Shown: piece by piece, positions 9,997-21,739 of the stretch | How the letters are laid out: the number at the start of each line of letters is the position of its first letter | Position numbering within the stretch: position 1 is the first letter of the stretch | DNA from: an uncultured Verrucomicrobiota bacterium | GTDB lineage: Bacteria > Verrucomicrobiota > Verrucomicrobiia > Limisphaerales > UBA9464 | Assembly: GCA_903854475.1 (NCBI GenBank) | Contig: CAINWP010000040.1 | Coordinates: forward strand, 1-63,518 | Length of the DNA: 63,518 bases | Direction: 5' to 3' | Notes under the pieces: generated by a model | Told to the model about the DNA's origin: nothing | The model's database searches: none | Seen by the model: the letters and a program-made list of their open reading frames with translations, nothing else | Translations under genes and position numbers: made by a program

Positions 9997-12147
9997 TCAG
10001 CGAGTCAGGTAGTACTTCTTGGTGTACTCTTGGACCATGCGCCAAGTGCTGTACTCGGCAGCGAGCGTGGACCAGGACTCACGAATCTTAGAGATCCACT
10101 GCCGAGGGATACCGTCGGCGTCCCGGTTGAAATAGGTGGGAATCACCTCTCGGGTCAGGACGTTGTAGAGATTCTCGCTGTCCACCCGGTCCTGCTCATT
10201 CACGTCCTCCGGATGGGAATCCGGTCCGATGGAAAACCCGTTGGAACCATTATAACCCTCACGCCACCAGCCATCCATAATGCTCATGTTGAGGCATCCA
10301 TGGGCGGTGGTTTTCATGCCACTGGTGCCGCTGGCTTCCAACGGACGGCGCGGGTTGTTGAGCCACACATCGCAGCCCGAGACCATCTGACGGGCGACGT
10401 GGATATCGTAGTTCTCGATGAACACCAAATGTCCCTTGAGTTCACTGAACTTCGAAAGATGGATCACCTTCTGGATGAAGGCCTTGCCGTGGTCGTCTCG
10501 CGGATGGGCTTTGCCGGCAAAGACGAACTGGATGGGATGCCCAGAGTCCTTGACCATTTTCACCACCGCTTCGAACTGGTCGAAAATCAGCGGTGCTCGC
10601 TTGTAAGTGGCGAAGCGCCGAGCAAACCCAATGGTGAGGGCATCGGGGTTGAGGAATGAATCAAAGGTGATGAAGTCGCCCTGATGGAAAGTTCCGCCCT
10701 GCAGCAACAACCGACGCCGGGCAAACTCGATCAACTCGCGCCGGAGGCGATACCGTATGGCCCAGATCTCCTCGTCGGAGACCACCTTAGGATCGGCCAA
10801 GCGCTTCCAAAACTCCGGGGAGTTGGCATCGGCGAACCAATCCACCTCGGACTTGGCGGGATAGAGTTCGTGGAATTTCTTCTGCCAGACCTTGCGAACT
10901 GTTCCCTTCATCCAACCGACCAAATGGATGCCATTGGTGACATGCCCGATAGGCACCTCGTCCGGTTTCTTGGCTCCGTAGAGTTCCATCCACATTTCGC
11001 GGCTCACAGCCCCATGCAGTTCGCTCACACCGTTGGCGGCCCGGGAATACTTCAAGGCCAGGACGGTCATGCAGAACGGCTCGGCTTCGTTGTCGGCGAC
11101 CACGCGGCCGAGATTCATCAGCGCCTGGTGGGTGATGTGCAGGTCTGAAGTAAAGGGGTGTCCGGCGTAGCCCATGAGATCGCTGCTGAACCGATCATGG
11201 CCTGCTTCCACCGGCGTGTGTGTGGTGAAGAGGCATTGCTTTCGGGTTTCAATGCCCGCCTCGGTGTAGCCCGTGCCAGCGGCGATCTTCTCGCGCATGA
11301 GCTCGAGCGTGAGAAACGCCGCATGACCTTCATTCATGTGGAAGGTGGACGGTTGAATGCCCAACGTTCGCAACAACCGCACGCCACCCACACCCAGGAG
11401 GATTTCCTGCATGATGCGCGTGGTGCTGTCACCACCGTACACCCGGAGTGTTAGGTCGCGGTACATCGGCTCGTTCTCCGGTCGATTGGTGTCCAGTAGG
11501 TAAACCGGAATCCTCCCGATGTTCACGCGCCACGCCTGAAAACGAACGGTGCTCGACGCGATCTTGACCGAGCAAACCACGGGTTCGCCCTGGGCATCCA
11601 AGACCGGTTCCAGAGGCAGGTTGGCCGGGTTGAGATGCGTGTAGAACTCGGTCTGCCAGTTCTCATGGTTGACCGTCTGTTGGAAGTATCCCTCTCGGTA
11701 AAAGAGTGAGATGCCCACGAAGCCCAATCCGAGGTCGCTGGCAGATTTGGCATGATCGCCTGCCAAAGCACCCAGCCCTCCGGCCGCGATAGGCAGCGTC
11801 TCGTGGAAGGCGAATTCCGCCGAAAAATAGGCCACGGGGTTGGCCGCCAGCGCTGGAGCATTGAGGGCACCCCAAGTGGCTGTGTCGGACAAATAGGCAT
11901 CGAATCGGCGCAATACCGATCGGACCCGGTCGGCAAAACCCGGCTCCTGTAGGCGGACGCGCAATTCGTAGGCGGAGACCTCTCTTAGAATAGCCACGGC
12001 ATTGTGGTAGAGGTTCTGCCAGCCTCGCGGTGAGAGATCGTAGAACACCTCCTGAGCCTGTTGATCCCAACTCCACCAGAGGTTTCGGGCGAGTCGGTTG
12101 AGTCCAGCGGCCAGTTCGGTCAGTTCAGCAGGATGGATCGGATTCAT
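9997..12147 (-). CDS. glgP: Alpha-glucan (glycogen/maltodextrin) phosphorylase
   Basis: 'LARNLWWSW', 'GGLGALAGDH', 'HMNEGH', 'FARRFATYKR' and PLP-lysine motif 'EASGTSGMK'. Confidence 0.95.
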   Translation of the reverse strand: MNPIHPAELTELAAGLNRLARNLWWSWDQQAQEVFYDLSPRGWQNLYHNAVAILREVSAYELRVRLQEPGFADRVRSVLRRFDAYLSDTATWGALNAPALAANPVAYFSAEFAFHETLPIAAGGLGALAGDHAKSASDLGLGFVGISLFYREGYFQQTVNHENWQTEFYTHLNPANLPLEPVLDAQGEPVVCSVKIASSTVRFQAWRVNIGRIPVYLLDTNRPENEPMYRDLTLRVYGGDSTTRIMQEILLGVGGVRLLRTLGIQPSTFHMNEGHAAFLTLELMREKIAAGTGYTEAGIETRKQCLFTTHTPVEAGHDRFSSDLMGYAGHPFTSDLHITHQALMNLGRVVADNEAEPFCMTVLALKYSRAANGVSELHGAVSREMWMELYGAKKPDEVPIGHVTNGIHLVGWMKGTVRKVWQKKFHELYPAKSEVDWFADANSPEFWKRLADPKVVSDEEIWAIRYRLRRELIEFARRRLLLQGGTFHQGDFITFDSFLNPDALTIGFARRFATYKRAPLIFDQFEAVVKMVKDSGHPIQFVFAGKAHPRDDHGKAFIQKVIHLSKFSELKGHLVFIENYDIHVARQMVSGCDVWLNNPRRPLEASGTSGMKTTAHGCLNMSIMDGWWREGYNGSNGFSIGPDSHPEDVNEQDRVDSENLYNVLTREVIPTYFNRDADGIPRQWISKIRESWSTLAAEYSTWRMVQEYTKKYYLTR

Positions 12148-12237
12148 AGATAGTCAGGGGGTTGAGCGACAGTTCACCTGTCGGTTGCCGGGTCAGCACC
12201 GCGAGGTTGATGAGGTTTTCAAAAAATGGAAACCCCG

Positions 12238-12277
12238 AAAAAAACGAAAGGGCGTTCTCCTATTACAGAGAACGCCC
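12238..12277 (-). terminator. Intrinsic terminator downstream of the aldolase gene
   Basis: Perfect 10-bp stem GGGCGTTCTC/GAGAACGCCC (12250-12259 and 12268-12277), followed on the minus strand by TTTCGTTTTTTT. Confidence 0.75.
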
Positions 12278-12316
12278 CAATTGCTCGATCCCCACTCCAG
12301 CCTATCCGACTCTGGA

Positions 12317-13147
12317 TTAGACCAGATAGCCCGCCGCTTGCACCGCCGTAGTGCCGTCGTGGACCAGAGACATCAGGGCGCGCGTCATCCCGGCCGGATT
12401 GGTGTGTTGAATAATATTGCGGCCGTACACGATGCCTGATGCACCCTGGGCGATGAGTTGTTCGGTGCGCTGCAGAATTTCCGTGTCGGAAGCCTTGCCG
12501 CCGCCGCGGACGAGCACTGGAATGCCGCAGGCAATTTGCACCACGCGGTGGTACACCGACACGTCATCGGTGGGATCGGCCTTGATGATGTCGGCCCCGA
12601 GCTCCACGGCTTGGCGCACCAACGGCAGGATCTTCAGGAGATCGCCATCGACCATGTATCCGCCGGCTTTGGCATTGGGCTGGAATACCAAGGGCTCGAT
12701 CATCAGCGGCATGGCGTACCGGTCGCACTCGGGCTTGATGCGAAGGATATTTTGGATGCACTGATCGGTCACCTCGGGTTGCCCGGGGATCCGGAAGAGG
12801 TTCACCACCACGCACGTGGCATCGAGGCGCAGAGCCTGCTCGACCGGAGCCTCGATCATGCGGCTGAAGAGAGTCCGTGGAAGATCTTGGCCGTAAACAT
12901 TGGCCACATCGGTGCGAAGGACCAACGCGGGCTTCTCCTTGCCGGGAAGCGCCTGGAGGTGTCGGGCCTGCCCCACGGTCAATTGAACCGCGTCGGGTGC
13001 TGCGGTCACCACGGTTTGCACGGCCTTGCCAAGATCCTCAATGCCGGAGAGGAACCCGTATTCGTTGAAGAAGCCATGGTCCATCGCCACATCAAAGCAG
13101 CGATTGGACTTGGCATTGAACAGCCGATGGAGGCGGTAGGATTTCAT
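12317..13147 (-). CDS. Class I aldolase, DhnA/FbaB/LsrF family
   Basis: 'VAMDHG', Schiff-base motif 'ELGADIIKA', 'VRGGGK' and 'VYGRNIIQ'; start taken at ATG 13147. Confidence 0.88.
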   Translation of the reverse strand: MKSYRLHRLFNAKSNRCFDVAMDHGFFNEYGFLSGIEDLGKAVQTVVTAAPDAVQLTVGQARHLQALPGKEKPALVLRTDVANVYGQDLPRTLFSRMIEAPVEQALRLDATCVVVNLFRIPGQPEVTDQCIQNILRIKPECDRYAMPLMIEPLVFQPNAKAGGYMVDGDLLKILPLVRQAVELGADIIKADPTDDVSVYHRVVQIACGIPVLVRGGGKASDTEILQRTEQLIAQGASGIVYGRNIIQHTNPAGMTRALMSLVHDGTTAVQAAGYLV

Positions 13148-13149
13148 GA

Positions 13150-14439
<1,290 letters not shown>

Positions 14440-14531
14440 TTCAGTCCCCGGCGGATTCAAGGTAGAGGCGGGCGGTGCCCTCCAGGGTTCCGAGTGACGG
14501 GTGCCGCTTGCGTCAATAGGGACTCTGAGTC

Positions 14532-17282
14532 TTGATCACTGACTACCCAATGATACGCCCTCTGACATGGTTTCAAGGAGACTGCCTCTGGCGAGTTTTC
14601 TCTCTCTGCGGGGGCATTGCCGGGATGTCTGCGGTTCTGATGTTTTCGGCTCCAGTTTCGGCTGCCGAAACTCGGCCCATGGCGTCGACGGTCCCAGCGT
14701 CGAACCACTGGTCTTTCCAACCGCTCGCTCGGCCCGCAGTTCCCGCAGGGGACCACCCGGTGGACGCCTTCATTCGCTCCGCCTTGAAGACCCAAGGACT
14801 GGCACCGAATCCTCCGGCCTCCCCGCGCGATCTCATTCGTCGCCTCTATTGGGACCTCGTGGGCTTGCCGCCGGAGCCGCAGCTCGTGGCCGAGTTTGAG
14901 AGGGATCCGTCACGCGAACGATATGAGGCGCTGGTGGAGCAGCTTCTGGCGTCACCGCGCTACGGAGAACGCTGGGCCCGGCATTGGTTGGACATCGTCC
15001 GCTACACGGAAAGCCAGGGCTTCGAATACGACCGACCGCGAGACCATGCCTGGCAGTTTCGCGATTACGTCATCCGCAGCTTCAACGCCGACACCCCCTA
15101 CGACCGCTTCATGCGGGAGCAGGTGGCGGGAGATGTGTTAGAACCCGTCACCTCGGAAGGAGTCATCGCTTCGAGCATGTTGGTTTCGGGACCTTGGGAT
15201 CAGGCCGGCAATTCGCAGGCCAATGCCACGCAACGGGCCATCACCCGGGAAGAAGAGATGGATGATCTGGTCAGCGTCGTTGGGCAAACCTTCCTGGGAC
15301 TCACCGTCAATTGCGCTCGCTGCCACGATCACAAGTTCGACCCCATACCCATTGGTGACTACTACCGCGTCAAGGCGGTCTTCGACGGGGTTCGTCATGG
15401 GGATCGATCCGTCGAAGGCTCTGAAGATCTTCGTCTGCGCGAACAGCGCAAGGAACAGGGACGTCGCGAAATCCAATCCGAAGTAAACCGGATCGCGTCC
15501 ATCGAGGCTCGGGGGATCGCCCGCATTCCGCGTACGGTCACCTCAACACCGATCGCGCCCCTGCCCCGATTTCAGTGGAACTTCGCGCACATCGAGGCCG
15601 CTGAGGTGACCGGCCAACTCCATGGCAGTGCTCAAATGACTGCGGGTGTCTTGGAACTTCCAAAGCCGGAAGCCTACTTCCAGTCGATGCCCATCACCCG
15701 AGACATTCGCGAGAAGACCCTGAGCGTCTGGGTTCGTCTCTCCGACCTCCAGCAAGGGGGCGGCGCAGCCCTTTCACTGGAGCAGTCTGACGGTCAGGTT
15801 TTCGATGCGCTCGTTTTCGGCGAACGGCAGCCCCGCAAATGGACCGCCGGCAGCGAGGGATTCCAGCGGACCCGTGATCTCCAAGCCCCGGAAGAATCCG
15901 AGGCCCTCGGTGGCTGGGTCCACATCGCCGCCGTGTATTCTGCAGACCGAAAGGTAGCCCTCTATCGCAATGGTCAACCGTATGGAGAACCGTATGAGGT
16001 TCCCGCCTTGGTGACCTTCCTCGCAGGGAATGCCCGGGTCGCCATTGGTCGTCGTCATGAGAACGGCGGCAAACCGTGGCTGACCGGAGCCGTCCGGCAG
16101 GCGGCCCTCCATGATCGGGCCCTCAGTCCACTCGAGATACAGGCCGTCTTCCGGGAGGGCGGAGGTGGACCCTTGCTGACCGACGCGCTGGCGCACCTGA
16201 CAGCCCAAGATCGTCGGGAGCGGGATGAGGCCCGGCACCGCCTCCAAGCAGCCCAGCGTCGATTGCAGGCCGAGGAAAAGCCGGCCGGCCTCGTCTACGC
16301 GGGCCGTCGCGAGCAACCGGCGCCAACACGGATTCTGCGGCGCGGTGATGTGAAATCGCCGGGAGACATCGTCAGCCCGTCGGGTTTATCCGCGCTCGGT
16401 TCGCTGCCCAAGGACCTGGGCTTGGCTCCGGATGCCCCGGAGGCCGATCGCCGTCGGCGCTTTGCCGATTGGTTGGCCGATCCCCGCAATCCCCTGCCCG
16501 CCCGAGTCTTGGTCAACCGAATCTGGGGGTTTCACTTTGGTCAGGGATTGGTGGGCACCCCCAGTGATCTAGGACGGAGCGGAGCTAAGCCGAGTCATCC
16601 AGAATTGCTCGACTGGTTGGCCAGCGAGTTCATTGCACGCGGTTGGAGCCGAAAAGCGCTGCACCGGCTCATCGTTTCTTCAGAAACCTACCGACAATCT
16701 TCCGAGGCCCGCAGTGACGCCGTGGCCACCGATGCCGACGCGGTGTTTCTCTGGCGCTTTCCACCCCGACGCCTCGAAGGTGAGACCATCCGCGATGGCA
16801 TGCTGGCGGTCAGCGGGCAGCTCAATTTGCACGCCGGGGGGCCGAGTTTTCGTCCGTTCACGACCAGTGAATATGGTGCTACGTTCTATCACCTTGTGGA
16901 CCGAGGGACCCCGGAGTTCAACCGCCGTACAGTGTACCGAATGAACATCAACTCGGGCAAAGAACCGCTTCTGGATGCCTTAGATTGTCCCGACCCGTCG
17001 GTGCGGACCCCGCGTCGTGGCGTGACCACCACGCCGTTGCAAGCGTTGGGACTCATGAACAGTGGCTTCGTCCAGCGTCAGGCCGATCAACTGGCCCATC
17101 GGGCGCTCACTCTGACAGCCAACGCGCCCGATGAGGCCATCACTGTGCTCTGGAAACTGGCCTTGGGTCGGAGCCCTGGCTTGGAGGAATCTCAAATGGC
17201 TCGCCAAACACTTCGAGAGCGGGGATTGCCCCATGTCGCTTGGGTGCTATTGAACACCACCGAGTTTGTTTATGTCCGCTGA
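14532..17282 (+). CDS. DUF1549 + LamG-like + DUF1553 protein (planctomycete PSD1/PSCyt type)
   Basis: 'HWSFQP', 'SPRYGERWARHWLD', 'CARCHDHKFDP', LamG-like middle region, 'PSHPELLDWLA' and 'TTPLQAL'; the true start is probably somewhat downstream. Confidence 0.9.
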   Translation: MITDYPMIRPLTWFQGDCLWRVFSLCGGIAGMSAVLMFSAPVSAAETRPMASTVPASNHWSFQPLARPAVPAGDHPVDAFIRSALKTQGLAPNPPASPRDLIRRLYWDLVGLPPEPQLVAEFERDPSRERYEALVEQLLASPRYGERWARHWLDIVRYTESQGFEYDRPRDHAWQFRDYVIRSFNADTPYDRFMREQVAGDVLEPVTSEGVIASSMLVSGPWDQAGNSQANATQRAITREEEMDDLVSVVGQTFLGLTVNCARCHDHKFDPIPIGDYYRVKAVFDGVRHGDRSVEGSEDLRLREQRKEQGRREIQSEVNRIASIEARGIARIPRTVTSTPIAPLPRFQWNFAHIEAAEVTGQLHGSAQMTAGVLELPKPEAYFQSMPITRDIREKTLSVWVRLSDLQQGGGAALSLEQSDGQVFDALVFGERQPRKWTAGSEGFQRTRDLQAPEESEALGGWVHIAAVYSADRKVALYRNGQPYGEPYEVPALVTFLAGNARVAIGRRHENGGKPWLTGAVRQAALHDRALSPLEIQAVFREGGGGPLLTDALAHLTAQDRRERDEARHRLQAAQRRLQAEEKPAGLVYAGRREQPAPTRILRRGDVKSPGDIVSPSGLSALGSLPKDLGLAPDAPEADRRRRFADWLADPRNPLPARVLVNRIWGFHFGQGLVGTPSDLGRSGAKPSHPELLDWLASEFIARGWSRKALHRLIVSSETYRQSSEARSDAVATDADAVFLWRFPPRRLEGETIRDGMLAVSGQLNLHAGGPSFRPFTTSEYGATFYHLVDRGTPEFNRRTVYRMNINSGKEPLLDALDCPDPSVRTPRRGVTTTPLQALGLMNSGFVQRQADQLAHRALTLTANAPDEAITVLWKLALGRSPGLEESQMARQTLRERGLPHVAWVLLNTTEFVYVR

Positions 17283-18696
17283 TACCAAACTGCTGAACCG
17301 TCGCCACTTCCTCTCCAGCAGTGTGGGCGGCCTCGGCAACATTGCGATGGCTTGGCTTTTGGCGCGTGACCGTGCGTTGGGTGCTCCCTCCGTGGTGCCC
17401 ACTGTACACCACCGCCCCCGCGCCAAGAGAATCGTGCAAGTGTTCTGCTGCGGCGGCGTCAGCCACCTCGACACCTTCGACTACAAGCCCGAGTTGGAAC
17501 GTCTCCACGGCACCGAACTCAAGGGTCGAGGCGAGAATCTGGGATTCTTCGGTCAGCCTGGAAAACTGATGAAGAGTGTCTACCCGTTCCGTCAGCGCGG
17601 CCAGAGCGGGGCCTGGGTCAGTGATCTGCTACCCAACTTGGCTGGTTGTGCCGATGACTTGTGCTTCATCCATTCGATGTTCGCCAAGAGCAACAACCAC
17701 ACGCCGGCGACCTTCCAGATGAACAGTGGCTTCACGCTCAATGGTTTCCCCTGCATGGGAGCTTGGCTGAGCTATGGACTGGGTTCCGAGAATGAGAACT
17801 TGCCGGCCTTCGTGGTGCTGCCCGACCCGCGCGGATTACCGGCCGGTGGATCCATTAATTGGACGTCGGGATTCTTACCGGCCAACCATCAGGGAGTTCC
17901 GTTCCGCACTCAGTCCCAAGAACCGATTGTGGATCTGGAGACCCCAGCCTCCGTTTCGGCCGAGGCTCGGTCGGCCGATTTGCAAATGCTCAACCGCATC
18001 AACGGTGAGTTTGCTTCGGCCCATCCCGGTGACCGCGCCTTTGCCGCCCGCCTGCGATCGTATGAGTTGGCGGCCCGAATGCAGGTAAGCATTCCTGAAG
18101 CGACCCGGATGACGGGTGAAAGCGAAGCCACTCGCCGGTTGTACGGCCTCGATGATCCCACCAACAAAGGATTCGCCCGCAACTGCCTGATGGCCCGTCG
18201 ACTCCTGGAGCGGGGTGTGCGCTTCGTGCAAATTATCAATGGTGGCGCGTTTGGAAGTCCCCGAATCAATTGGGATGGCCATGAAAACCTCCGTGAGAAT
18301 CACGACACCCAGGCGGCGACGATGGATCGCCCGGTGGCGGCGCTCATCCAGGATCTCAAGCAGCGTGGCATGCTGGAGGACACCCTATTTGTCTGGTCCA
18401 CGGAGTTCGGACGGAGCCCGGTCACTCAGGGCGTCGGTGCCTCGGGTCGCGACCATCATCCCATTGCGTTCACCAGTTTCTTAGCGGGAGCAGGAATCCG
18501 ACCGGGGCACCGGTATGGGTCCTCCGACGAGATCGGCTATTCGGTGGGCGAGAATCGAGTGACCATTCCGGATTTTCACGCGACCCTCCTCCACCTATTG
18601 GGCATCGATCACGAAAAACTCACCTTCTACCACAACGGTATCCAACGACGTCTGACCGATGTCCACGGCGAGGTGATCCAAGGGATTCTCGCCTAG
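17272..18696 (+). CDS. DUF1501 family protein (Tat signal, sulfatase-like fold)
   Basis: 'NRRHFL' Tat motif, 'GGVSHLDTFDYKP', 'RRLLERGVRFVQ', 'EFGRSP' and 'GRDHHP'; overlaps the DUF1553 gene stop. Confidence 0.92.
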   Translation: MSADTKLLNRRHFLSSSVGGLGNIAMAWLLARDRALGAPSVVPTVHHRPRAKRIVQVFCCGGVSHLDTFDYKPELERLHGTELKGRGENLGFFGQPGKLMKSVYPFRQRGQSGAWVSDLLPNLAGCADDLCFIHSMFAKSNNHTPATFQMNSGFTLNGFPCMGAWLSYGLGSENENLPAFVVLPDPRGLPAGGSINWTSGFLPANHQGVPFRTQSQEPIVDLETPASVSAEARSADLQMLNRINGEFASAHPGDRAFAARLRSYELAARMQVSIPEATRMTGESEATRRLYGLDDPTNKGFARNCLMARRLLERGVRFVQIINGGAFGSPRINWDGHENLRENHDTQAATMDRPVAALIQDLKQRGMLEDTLFVWSTEFGRSPVTQGVGASGRDHHPIAFTSFLAGAGIRPGHRYGSSDEIGYSVGENRVTIPDFHATLLHLLGIDHEKLTFYHNGIQRRLTDVHGEVIQGILA

Positions 18697-18791
18697 AAAA
18701 TTGGGTCGAGTCGGGCGCATTGGGAATCTCCCAAGGTTGACTTCGGCCCGCGCGCCGCTATTGCTCCGCCCGTCCTTTTTTTTCGAACGCC

Positions 18792-19079
18792 ATGGCCACG
18801 ATCACTATTCTGCCCGCCCAGAAGTCTGCCGAAGTCCCCGATGGAGAGTTGCTGGTCGAGGCCGGCGAGTTGGCCGGAGTCGAAATGGAGGCCGGCTGTT
18901 TCAGTTGCTCCTGTGGCACTTGTGCCGCCGAGGTCGTCTCCGGCATGGAGAATCTCTCGCCGCCGACCGACGAAGAGTTGGACGTGCTCGACCAGTGGAA
19001 CAAAGACCCCGAGCGTTTCCGCCTGACCTGCTGTGTTCGATTGATCAAGGGTCAATGCACCTTGCGGGCAGGCCACTAG
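18792..19079 (+). CDS. 2Fe-2S ferredoxin
   Basis: Plant-type pattern C-x4-C-x2-C ('CFSCSCGTC') plus 'RLTCC'. Confidence 0.9.
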   Translation: MATITILPAQKSAEVPDGELLVEAGELAGVEMEAGCFSCSCGTCAAEVVSGMENLSPPTDEELDVLDQWNKDPERFRLTCCVRLIKGQCTLRAGH

Positions 19080-19168
19080 TCGGTCCTGTCCTCGTCGATC
19101 GCATCCGGTAAACCCGGCAATCGACGGTTGCCGATGGCCGTGGAGAGGATCCAGACTGCCGACACAAC

Positions 19169-20365
19169 ATGAAGTCTGGTTCTCCCCTGTTGGTTATATT
19201 CCTGACGGTCTTCATCGATCTGATCGGATTCGGCATCTGCTTGCCACTGCTCCCCAAATACGCAGAGCGATACGGCGCACAAGGGTGGCAAATCGGCGCG
19301 GCCATGGGCGTTTATTCGCTCATGCAGCTGGTCTTCGCTCCCTGGTGGGGACAGTTGAGCGACCGGATCGGACGCCGGCCAGTGCTGCTGGTGAGCAACT
19401 TCGGCTCCATCATCGCCTACGGACTCTTCGGACTCTCGGCCAGTTATATCGGCGACACGGGTTTCTGGATTCTAATCGGTTCCCGCGTCTTTGCAGGCAT
19501 CTGTGGTGCCAATTTATCCGTGGCTTCGGCCTACATTGCGGATGTCACGACTCCCGATAAACGCTCCAAAGGCATGGGACTCATTGGTATGGCCTTTGGC
19601 TTGGGCTTCATTCTGGGGCCGGTGATCGGTTCACAGGCATTTAAACATTTTGGACTGGCGGGTCCTGGTGCCGTGGCTGCGGTGATTTGTGCGATCAATT
19701 TTCTGCTAGGGTGCTTCATTCTACCGGAAACCCGAAAGAAGGACGCAGCTCCGCCCATCCGGCGTCCGCGTTTTGCCCAGATCCGCCATGTGTTGGGCAT
19801 GAAAGAGGTCGGATTCTTAATCGGGATCTACTTCCTTGGAACCTTCGCCTTCACGGCGTTCGAATCCACCCTCCCCCTGCTGCTCGACGCCAAACTGCGG
19901 TTCGACGAAGAACATGTCGGCTACGTCTTTGCCTTTTGTGGCATCATGGCGGCCATGGTTCAGGGCGGAGGTATCGGACGCCTGGTCAAATCCTTCGGCG
20001 AACGTCGTCTAATTGGGGCCAGCCTCATCGTGGTCGCGGTCAGTCTGGTGCTCATGCCCTTGGCCAACTCGTTGCCCACGATGCTCGCGGCCCTCGCGGT
20101 CTTTGCGATTGGTTCGGGCATCAACCGTGCTCCCACGATGGGCCTGATTTCACAGCTCAGCCCTGCCGATGAACAAGGAACCACTCTCGGAGTGGCCCAA
20201 AGCGCCGGCACCCTTGCCCGCGTCCTTGGACCGACCGTCGCCACAACCCTCTACGACCTGTGGCTTCCCGCTCCCTATTTGGCCTGTGCCACCATCGCCC
20301 TCTTGGCCGGACTGCTTGCCGTGCTGCGGCTAATGGGGTCCACTGCGAAATCCCCTTCGGCATGA
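19169..20365 (+). CDS. MFS transporter, TetA/DHA1-like
   Basis: Motif A 'GQLSDRIGRRPVL', motif C 'GLGFILGPVIG' and about 12 hydrophobic segments. Confidence 0.92.
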   Translation: MKSGSPLLVIFLTVFIDLIGFGICLPLLPKYAERYGAQGWQIGAAMGVYSLMQLVFAPWWGQLSDRIGRRPVLLVSNFGSIIAYGLFGLSASYIGDTGFWILIGSRVFAGICGANLSVASAYIADVTTPDKRSKGMGLIGMAFGLGFILGPVIGSQAFKHFGLAGPGAVAAVICAINFLLGCFILPETRKKDAAPPIRRPRFAQIRHVLGMKEVGFLIGIYFLGTFAFTAFESTLPLLLDAKLRFDEEHVGYVFAFCGIMAAMVQGGGIGRLVKSFGERRLIGASLIVVAVSLVLMPLANSLPTMLAALAVFAIGSGINRAPTMGLISQLSPADEQGTTLGVAQSAGTLARVLGPTVATTLYDLWLPAPYLACATIALLAGLLAVLRLMGSTAKSPSA

Positions 20366-21657
20366 AACACCTTCTCTTGAGTCTGATGACCGCGGCCTCA
20401 CTGCTGGCCGCCGACAAACACTGGCCTGAATTCCGCGGGCCGCACGGTGACGGTGTCAGTTCAGCCGAAAAACTCCCGCTGAAGTGGTCCGAGCAGCAGA
20501 ACGTGGCCTGGAAGACTGCGATCCATGACAAGGGGTGGTCGTCGCCGGTCATTTGGGGAGACCAGGTTTGGGTCACCACGGCGACCGATGACGGCCGCCG
20601 ACTCTATGCGCTGTGCCTCGACCGAAATTCCGGCAAGGTGGTTCACGACATTTTGGTCTTTGAGGCGGAGCAACCGGATCTCTGGAAACGGTACAACAGC
20701 TACGCCTCGCCCACTCCGGTCATTGAAAAAGGCCGAATCTATGTGTCGTTCGGCGAAGCGGGCACCGCTTGCTTGGATACGCGCTCCGGCAAAATGCTCT
20801 GGGAGCGCCGCGACCTCAAGTGCAACCACTTCCGGGGGGCCGGGTCCTCGCCGATCTTGCATCAAGGGGCCCTCTTTCTGAACTTCGATGGCAGCGACCG
20901 GCAATTCCTGGTCGCGCTGGATGCCAAGACCGGAGCCACCCGCTGGCTGAAGGATCGTTCCGTCGACTACAAAGACCTCGGCCCCAACGGCAAGCCTGAG
21001 GCCGATGGCGATATGCGCAAGGCCTTCGCCACCTGCACCGTGACCACCGTCGAGGGTATTCCTCATCTGGTCAGTCAGGGAGCTAAAGCAGTGTATGGAC
21101 TCGATGCTCGAGATGGACGCGAGTTGTGGCGGGTCGAGGAGCGCACCAGCCATTCGGCAGGCACGCGTCCCGTGATCGGGCATGGGTTGATTTTTGTTCC
21201 CAGCGGATGGTCGCAAGGGCAGACCCTGGCTATTCGCCCCCATGCCGCCGGCACGGTGCTCGACGCCAATGGGGAATCGGCTCCGGCGGCGGGTGTCCAA
21301 CTCGCCTGGAAGTCGAAACGGGGAACACCGAAGAAGCCGTCGTTGACGCTGGTCGGCGATCTCCTCTTCGGAGTTGAGGACGGCGGCGTGGCCAATTGTT
21401 GGGAGGCCACCACTGGCAAGCTTGTCTGGAGTGAGCGGTTGGGAGGCAATTACTCGGCCTCACCCTTGGCCACCCGGGATCGCTTGTATTGTTTCAGTGA
21501 AGGCGGTGCTGCGGTTGTGATCGCCGCTGACCGGACGTTCCGTCGGTTGGCCGACAACCAGCTCGACGGAGGGTGCATGGCCTCCCCCGCGGCCGCTGGA
21601 GAGGCTCTCTGGGTCCGGACTCAAACCCACCTCTACCGATTGGAAGAGCGGCACTAA
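20362..21657 (+). CDS. PQQ-like beta-propeller repeat protein, exported
   Basis: 'WPEFRGP', 'GWSSPVIW', 'YASPTPV' and repeated 'LDAKTG...W'; ATGA overlap with the MFS stop. Confidence 0.88.
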   Translation: MKHLLLSLMTAASLLAADKHWPEFRGPHGDGVSSAEKLPLKWSEQQNVAWKTAIHDKGWSSPVIWGDQVWVTTATDDGRRLYALCLDRNSGKVVHDILVFEAEQPDLWKRYNSYASPTPVIEKGRIYVSFGEAGTACLDTRSGKMLWERRDLKCNHFRGAGSSPILHQGALFLNFDGSDRQFLVALDAKTGATRWLKDRSVDYKDLGPNGKPEADGDMRKAFATCTVTTVEGIPHLVSQGAKAVYGLDARDGRELWRVEERTSHSAGTRPVIGHGLIFVPSGWSQGQTLAIRPHAAGTVLDANGESAPAAGVQLAWKSKRGTPKKPSLTLVGDLLFGVEDGGVANCWEATTGKLVWSERLGGNYSASPLATRDRLYCFSEGGAAVVIAADRTFRRLADNQLDGGCMASPAAAGEALWVRTQTHLYRLEERH

Positions 21658-21739
21658 TCCTTTGGATCCGCGGGCGCTCAACAAAAGGTGTGCGAGTGCT
21701 CTTTGACTTCGGCTCTAACCTCCCGTTTCTTGTGTGTGC

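Noticed and set aside
18745-18783. T8 run before the ferredoxin gene as a terminator or riboswitch
   Set aside because: No convincing stem directly precedes the T-tract and no aptamer is recognisable.
19169-20365. Tetracycline resistance gene tetA
   Set aside because: Only family-level MFS motifs are present; there is no tetR or mobile context and the substrate cannot be inferred.
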